Positions 56,011-64,000 of a DNA stretch of 64,000 nt are shown here, piece by piece. Under the pieces are notes generated by a model, which saw only the letters and a program-made list of their open reading frames with translations, searched no databases and had not been told where the DNA came from. The position numbers were made by a program, and so were the translations under genes. Origin of the DNA: Octopus vulgaris (taxonomy: Eukaryota); the NCBI GenBank assembly GCA_951406725.2, contig OX597816.1, forward strand, positions 116,746,001 through 116,810,000. Reading direction: 5' to 3'. The stretch's first letter is position 1. Every line of letters starts with the position of its first letter.

Positions 56011-56879
56011 TACCGAGAAGAAAAGCCATATATATAGCATGGAGAGAAAGTTGAAAATAAAATGTCTGTTGTTAGTAAACCCTAAGTCTGTCAAGGCAAA
56101 GCAAACCAATATTCAAAAGCATTCTAGCCATCCCCATTTAGTCATTAAAAACAGTTTATCTTTCAGTGCATTATCCAACACATCTTTCATTTTTCATTTA
56201 AAATAGTAGAGTGTGATGTAAGAGAAATTTGGCTGCTATTTCTGGCAATAACCATCTCAGGATCTCCTCAGGAGTTCATTGAGTGAGCTTAAATTTGGAT
56301 AGTGTAATAGTGTACAGTCAGTAAAATGGGGAAGAGGAATAGTTATGGTCAGAATGATGAAAAGACAAAGATATACCATTGTATGCTGATGAGGAATCAG
56401 TTAGGGAGTGAAGGCTTGAAATATTTACTAGTTTCTTCCAGTAGAGCTTGCTCTGTGTACCAAGAAACCAGAATAACAGCAATCTGTACAATATGCATCA
56501 CCTCCATCTTCAGGAGTCAGAAGAAGAGATCTAGCCCAGGAAGTTTCTATTTACACTATTTTTCAAAAGCTCCATTAATAATCTTTCTACCATCTTTCAC
56601 AAATAGAACAAAACACACAAACTTTAAGTCTTACATGTCCAATATTTTTACAGGATGATAACTGCTTAAATGTAAACAGGATATTAACATTTTGGAGTGT
56701 AATATGCCTCCTTGCTTATGCCTAACTGGAATTACTTTAGTTTCTTACCAATTAAACTGAAGGAGAAAATTTCAGTGTAGCCCTTTACTTACTTTGGATC
56801 TTTAAAAATGGAAGAAACCATATGTTTTAGCCCTTAATCCTAGAACAAGGACAGTAATGATTAAAGCAATTTTAATCAA

Positions 56880-57200
56880 GATGGACATAATATATCATAC
56901 ATGCTAGATTTTTTGTGCCTGAGATATTTGAATAATAGTTACTACTGCGAGATATTTGATGTAATGTTACTGCTGGTAGAGGAAGGAGACTTGTCAAGAA
57001 GTGGTGAAGGCTAATCTTAGAATGCTGAACTTCATGAAGATGATAATGAACAGTAACAAGTGGTGAGGCTATCTTCTTAAAAATACACATCCAATCCAAG
57101 CAAGCATGGAAAAACAGAAGTGAGATCAGGATGTCTATGAGTTTGTTCAAGAAGAGTCTATTGATGCTACCCAACAATAACAACAACAACAACAACAAGG
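56880..57200 (+). mobile_element. RTE LINE ORF C-terminal and 3' fragment
   Basis: GRGR...VVKANLRMLN resembles NEVAKHNLRMLG at ~63360; caagcatggaaaa end motif. Confidence 0.55.
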
Positions 57201-58215
57201 TCACATTCTTGCTTGGCAAAGAAATTTTTTTTCTTTCTGATGGAATTACTTATTAACAATACTGAACTTACAAAGTTTTCATTGTTATAGTCTTCTATTC
57301 AACATATCACTGTTATATTTCTTGTGACTCTATCTATGAGTTGTGATATCTTTTAACAGAATTCCAATTCTTCCATTTTCAATTTTCTTTGAAGTATATT
57401 CCTTAAAATCTATATTTTTCTGATTTATATATCATACTTTATGTAATCCAAATAGATGTGATTTTTTTGTTTTTTTAAAGAATTTTGAAATTGAAACTTT
57501 GAAATATTTTCATGAATAATAAAATTAGTTATACTGAAATAATTCGAATAGCATATTTTCTTAAATGTGATTTGATTTAAAATATGAATTGTGTGTATCC
57601 AAGGTAGAATTGTACAAAAGATGTAAATGGGATTATCTAAAATTCAAAAAGTTAAAAATTACATAGAAACAAGCTAACATAGAAAAACAAGCAATAAAGA
57701 GATGATAATGATGACAATGATGATGATAGCAATGATAAGGATTATAATGATGAAGAGGAAGAAGATAAGGGGATGAAGGCAGCAGAAGTTCCATTCCTTT
57801 ACACTCAGTAACTATGTTTCCTTTCAGTATTTTTGGCTGGTTATTACAACATAACTGTGACACTTCAATACACTCCACTGAAGTATTTCCTCTTCCTACT
57901 CTTAAACAGATTTACTGATACCTCTGGATTATGTCAGCAAACTAAAATATTACAACTGCAGCTGAATACTGAAACACTGTGTCAATCAATTCAATGAAGG
58001 AGCTTCTCAAGTGCCTATATGTACTTGCTCAACCTGCTAAATTTAGCAACCAAATCTCCCATAACTACACTAGACAGTTTTGTACAAGAAAATATATATT
58101 AGATAATATAAGCCAAGACATCCCTAACAAGACAGTTGAAAAGTCTTTGATCTTAGGTTTGTGCATTTAAGGTTGATTTGGAGCTAAAAGAACAACATTT
58201 AATTCAATACAGTAA

Positions 58216-58435
58216 CCCTTTTTTTACCAACCCGGCTGAAACCGACTCTGGCTCAGAGTATAAATGTTTTGTTTTCATAAGTTTTGAATTAAAATCTTCC
58301 ACAAAACCTTAGCCACAATTTATGTTCCTAACACTAGCTTAATGATAACAAAGTTATTTTACTAAAGTATTTGTTATATTTAAAGTAATTGAAAGAAAAA
58401 CAGAACATCTCAAAATAAATAAAGTAACAAAAGGG
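58216..58435. mobile_element. piggyBac-like MITE
   Basis: (g)TAA|ccctttttttacc ... gtaacaaaaggg|TTAA termini. Related decayed copies at ~58644-58904, ~5478-5725 and ~42470-42612. Confidence 0.7.
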
Positions 58436-59519
58436 TTAAAGAACTCTCTGTTCAAATAAGCATTTATCATCTCATAATCTCATTACATGTTTCCTTTATC
58501 TTAATTCAACACATGTAGAATTGCCATGCTCAAAAGTTAATCAAACCATAAATATTCCATGAGATACAATATGCCAAATATAAAGGAAAGATGTTAGATC
58601 CAGGTCATAGAAGTAACCAATGTGTTTCATGACATTTAGTATCTTAACTGTTTTGTAATTAAACTTCTATTGAAATACAATGTCAATGTATTTCAGTTCA
58701 TTTTGAAAGTATTCAAGTATTTCAAGGAATTTAGTAAAATATATTTTTCCTTATTTATTTGTTATTTGGAATGCAACTTAACAAAAGGTTCTTACATAGA
58801 ATTACAATGGAAGTTTTTAATTTAAATATGAACACTTTAAAACGAGAAGATTTACATTATAGAAGCACAGACAGTCTCAGATGGTTTGGTCTCAAAAGAG
58901 TTAAAATCCTGAGATGAAATTCTAGCAAGGCCACCTTTGACATTCCTGTATTAATTTTCCATTTATTTACCACTTTGTAATAAAGCATTTTAACTACTTC
59001 TACATAAATACAGAACAGACAGCATAGGAATCTGAGTCAATAATTATTTTCCTAAAAGCATTGATATTGTATTAGTAATGAGGAGTTATTGACTCTTCAA
59101 GCCCCACTATATACAAGTGTCTAAAATGTTAAAACTCTTTATGCATGTGACTGATTGCAAATGCCTTATACACATTTAGTTGATTTTAATATGACAAGTT
59201 CATGAGACTGAATATTTTATCTACATTTACTGTTGTTATATTTTTGTGGATATTTGTGTTGTGTTTCTTTTATTGTTGTTTAATCCTGATCAGTACTTGA
59301 GGAGGGCTAGGATACGAAAATAACTGTTAAAATAAAGTGTTTGATTGGTCTTTATTGCTGTGGTCATCTTTTATATCGGGCATCATCATCATCGTTGTTG
59401 TTGTCACTGTCTTTTCCATCATCATTATCATTAAGGTCATCATTGTAGACATCATCATTATTATCATTATCATCATAAACATCATCTTTGTCATCATCAT
59501 CTTACATCTATTTTCCTAT

Positions 59520-59729
59520 ACTCTTTTACTCTTTTACTTGTTTCAGTCATTTTACTGCGGCCATGCTGGAGCACCGCCTTTAGTCGAGCAAATCGACCCC
59601 GGGACTTATTCTTTGTTAGCCCAGTACTTATTCTATCGGTCTCTTTTGCCAAACCGCTAAGTGACGGCGACGTAAACACACCAGCTTCGGTTGTCAAGCA
59701 ATGCTAGGGGGACAAACACAGACACACAA

Positions 59730-59760
<31 letters not shown>

Positions 59761-59931
59761 CATATATATGACAGGCTTCTTTCAGTTTCCGTCTACCAAA
59801 TCCACTCACAAGGCATTGGTCAGCCCAGGGCTATAGCAGAAGACACTTGCCCAAGATGCTATGCAGTGGGACTGAACCCGGAACCATGTGGCTGGTTAGC
59901 AAGCTACTTACCACACAGCCACTCCTGCGCC
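59520..59931 (-). mobile_element. SINE family A, young full-length copy
   Basis: Near-identical reverse complement of 38619-39030. Confidence 0.92.
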
Positions 59932-61062
59932 TATGCTGACATGGGCTGAAAAGTTTTTCTGAGGCACTGTTTTACCCTTCCTGATGCCAACCCTTTTAGT
60001 TAACATTTGCAGCATATAGAATTACAGAGTATCTATTTCCAAACCCAAGATATATGCAGTATATTATTATACATGTTGTCTGAAATGTAGGGTTTAAAAC
60101 ACATTTCCTGTCTTAAAGATAGGAATGATTTTGTGTTTGCTTTGTTTTTTAACAAGTCCATGTGACTATATACAAAGGCTCTTTATTGACTCATCTACCT
60201 GTAGTGTACCTAGTTTGCTTATCTTCTGACCATTGTGAGCTCTGTCAGCATTATTCAGCATCAAGTCATCAATTGTTTCTTTTCTGAGATCCATATAGAA
60301 ATTACTGCTTCATCTCAAATATCATATAACAGATTTATTATTTTCCCTAGGTAGAATTTCTTGAGATACAAAAACAAACCTAACATAAATTTTAGAAGAA
60401 TTTGAAGTGCTATATATTATCTTCAAAATATATTGGATAAAATTACCCATATATCAATAGCATTATAGAAAAAAAAAAGAAACACTCATATTTTTTCCCT
60501 TTAATTTTCATTTATTTATTTATATTTAAATTTATATTCCCAGAAAATTTTATTGTTAATAATTGGTTGAAAAATATGTTATTTGGTTCTGAAATATAAT
60601 TTTTGGATTTTTGCAACAATTTCCTAGCAAATCATTCCCTCTTTATCTTTGCTAATATCATACCACTTAAAAAAAAACATTTATTTTATTTTTATATAAT
60701 TTTTTGGTTACTTCTTAAAGGTGAAATGCTTTCAGTATGTAAAGTCTATTCCAAATCATTTTGCCATAATAGCCTGAGTTTTTTTGTTAATTTTCATGTT
60801 ATGTTATTAACACCAGTAATATAGTTTCTAAGGCCATTTTGATTATAACTTTCCATACATGAATATTATTGGAAATGATGTTCTTGGCTCATATTTTCTA
60901 TTCCAGAATGAAAAATTAGTCTTTTGCCAAAATAGTTTCAAAAAAATTGAACAAGCTCATTAGAAAATAACAGTTTACATGTTTAATTGAAGACTTTAGG
61001 AAATGCTCCTACTGTTTATTTATGTCTTTTTGTTCTTTAGAATGTAACGTTTTTTTTTTCAG

Positions 61063-61086
61063 AACTTATCAAGAATATAGCAACTG
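61063..61086 (+). other. Candidate 24-nt microexon
   Basis: Acceptor gtaacgttttttttttcAG, consensus donor ctg|GTGAGT. Symmetric length, open in phases 1 (LIKNIAT) and 2. Confidence 0.4.
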
Positions 61087-62321
61087 GTGAGTGAGATACC
61101 TTATTTCTAACTCACTGTTCTTGGGTTCTATCCTCTACATAATGCACATTGATTTTTTAATTCATATTTAATGCCTTCCTTATTTCTTTCTTATACACAA
61201 AATGACATTGGACAGATAACAGAAGGTACATTTCATCTACCCAACTAAATTTTATCCTAGTTCACAGTTCAGTGGTTGGCATTAAAGACATATGCAAAAG
61301 TAACCAAATTGAAAATTTATATTAGCATTACTATTCCACAGATTTATATATATATGGTTAGATAACTTTTCAATCTATTCAACTAAATAAAAATCTCATG
61401 ATATAAAATCCACCATTGCCAAATTCATAGGCAAACTTTTGAAAAAAGATAATGTGAAACCTTTGTTGGTATCCAAGAAAGATAACCTAACAGAATAGTT
61501 TTTTTATAATGTAAATAACTAAGTTCTCAAAATTAAAAATGATATAAAACTGAAGGTGTTGCATTTATTCATTCTTTCTTAACTTATACATTTCTTCAGA
61601 ATGATGGAAATATGTAGATTATAGTCCAAAGTTAGAGGAATATCAGGAAAGATTTGATAAGGAAAGTTCATGTGGTGAATATGATTAAAATAGGTATCTT
61701 TTATTGATGGCATTAATAAACAAGTAAAATTATGAAACATTTATAATAAAACACATAAGACAAAAGACTTATGGCGTAATAGAAAGCATAAACAGTTGCC
61801 TAAACAATAAAATCAACACAGTTTTGTTTAACCATTGTTTTGGTATAAATTCTTTCCCAAATACCAGCTGAAGTTTATTGATTTAATAAAACTTTGATTC
61901 TCTTGATTTAATATTAATCAAAAGAATCAGACATCCAAATAATAAACTGTTTAAAGCTGTTTTGCATTTAATTCCTTGTAATTGGTAGAAAACTTCATAC
62001 TACATGGGAAGATGTAATAAACAGGGAGCAACTGCTCTTTTACACTTTTATTGATTTCAGTCACTGAACTTTGGCCATACTGGGGCACCAGGTTTTAATC
62101 AATTATATTAACCCCAGTACTTCATTTGATTGATTTTAGAAGTAACAAAAAAAAAACTTCAGCCTAGGTATAAAGGGGCATAACAAAAATGTCATCTTCA
62201 TCCTGATTTTGCCATTTCCTCCTCCTCTTATTCTTCTCTTATAATAATTATTATTATTATTATCGTTTTGTTTTTATCTGTTTCAATCACCATTTTTATC
62301 CTTATTTTATACTTACTGTCA

Positions 62322-63470
62322 TACCCAATGACTAGCATTGCAGCACCATAGTCAACTGTTACAAAGGTAAAGGTGACGCATTAGATAGAAATAACTGCAG
62401 AGGTTTCAACTTGTTGGATCAGATGATGAGAGCCACAGAGAGGGTCATAGCCCAACTAATTAGGGAGAGAGTTAGTTTAGATGATATGCAGTTTAGGTTT
62501 GTGCTAGGGAGAAGCACCACTGATGCTATATTTCTGGTAAGACAGCTGCAAGAGAAATTCCTAGCCAAAGACAAACCTCTGTACTTGGCTTTTATTGACA
62601 TGGTAAAAGCCTTTGACAGGGTCCTCCAATCCTTCATCTGGTGGTAAATGTAGAAACTAGGGATAGATGAGTGGTTGGTGAGAACTGTACAAGCCATGTA
62701 AAGGGATACTGTCAGTAAAGTGAGGGCTGGCTACGAGTATGGTGAAGAATTCTAGGTTCACCAAGGATCAGTCCTCAGCCCCTCTTGTTCATCATAGTCC
62801 TCCAGAAAATAACAGAGGAATTCAAGACAGGCTGCCCCTGGGTGCTCTTTTATGCTGATGACCTTGCTCTAATAGCTAAGTCACTACCAGACCTAGAGAG
62901 GCAGTTTCAGATATGAAAGCAAGTTCTAGAATCGAAGAGACTTAGAGTTAAACTAGCAAGAACCAAAGTCTTAATAAGTAAGAAGGCAGATAAATCACAA
63001 ATCCCTTCCGGTAGATGGCCCTGCTCAATCTGTAGAAAAAGTGTAGGTTGAAACTCCATAAGATATAACCACAAACAGTGATGTTACACGGCAGTGAAAA
63101 ATGGGCAGTGATTTCTGAGGACATGCATAGGCTTGAAAGAAATGAAGCTAGTATGTTTTGCTGGATGTGAAATGTCAGTGTGCATATACAACAGTGTAAG
63201 CACTCTGAGAGAAAAATTGGGCATAAGAAGCATCAGATGTGTTGTGCAAGAGAGACAGCTGCACAGGTATGGTCATGTGTTGTGCATGGATGAAGACAGC
63301 TGTGTGAAGAAGTGTCACACCCTATCAGTGGAAGGAACCTGAGGAAGACATGGAATGAAGTGGCAAAGCACAACCTTCGAATGTTGGGCTTCACAGAGGC
63401 AATGATAATCGACCAAGACTTTGGAGATATGCTGTGCTTGAGAAGACCCACCAAGCCAAGTGAGATTGTA
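62322..63470 (+). mobile_element. RTE-clade LINE, 5'-truncated RT pseudogene
   Basis: YKGKGDALDRNNCRG, QFRFVLGRSTTDAIFLVRQLQEK, AFIDMVKAFDRV, HQGSVLSP, YADDLAL, RYGHVLCM. Stops and an internal deletion. Confidence 0.93.
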
Positions 63471-63582
63471 GTCATGGTCGATGCCAGTGTCACATAACTG
63501 GCCCATTTAAAAATACCCTTCAATCATCAGACAATATACCATGCTTGTGGAGACCTGTTGAAGTGAATGAAATCATAGACGT

Positions 63583-63895
63583 GGCCAATGCCAGTGCCAC
63601 CTCACTAGCACCCATGCCAGTGGCACATAAAAAGCATCATTTGAGCATGGCCAATGCCAGTGATGCCTCACTGGCATCCGTGCTGGTGGAATGTAAAAAG
63701 TACCATTCAAGCGTGCCAATGCCAGTACTGCCGGTACTATCCTGGTGACACATAAAAAGCACCATTCACGCATGACCAATGCTAGTGCTGCCTGACTGGC
63801 TCCTGTGTTGGTGGAATGTAAAAAGCACCATTTGAGCACAACCGATGCCAGTGCTGCCTAACTGGCTCCTGTGCTGGTGGCATGCAAAAATCCCC
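63583..63895 (+). repeat. Minisatellite of five 60-66-bp units in the RTE 3' UTR
   Basis: Units start ccaatgccagtg and end taaaaagcaccattt, at about 63583, 63649, 63714, 63774 and 63840. Confidence 0.85.
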
Positions 63896-64000
63896 CACTA
63901 CACTCTCGGAGTGGTTGGTGTTAGAAAGGGTGTCCAGCTGTAGAAACCTTGCCAAGTCAGATTGGAGACTGGTGCAGCCTCCCAGCTTGCCAGCCCTCAG

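Overview
AT-rich, microsatellite-saturated eukaryotic (animal) genomic DNA. It is probably octopod cephalopod; this is inferred from the tRNA-headed SINE families and the extreme simple-repeat load, not proven. Nearly all ORFs in the supplied track are artefacts of simple repeats or SINEs. The window is mainly a graveyard of transposons: three tRNA-derived SINE families (called A, B and C here, including 184-bp-unit dimers of B), several decayed R4/Dong-type RLE retrotransposons, RTE LINE remnants, Penelope-like fragments carrying degenerate minimal hammerhead-ribozyme motifs, a Merlin element with TIRs and TSD, a Tc1 pseudogene, and hAT, mariner and piggyBac-like MITEs. There is also a ~280-bp near-perfect palindrome. 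No known host gene can be named. The only host-gene evidence is a few splice-flanked candidate exons: a hydrophobic minus-strand exon at 8518-8699 and short plus-strand exons at 54721-54780 and 61063-61086. I found no convincing novel multi-gene system. All calls were made by eye, and boundaries of decayed repeats are approximate.
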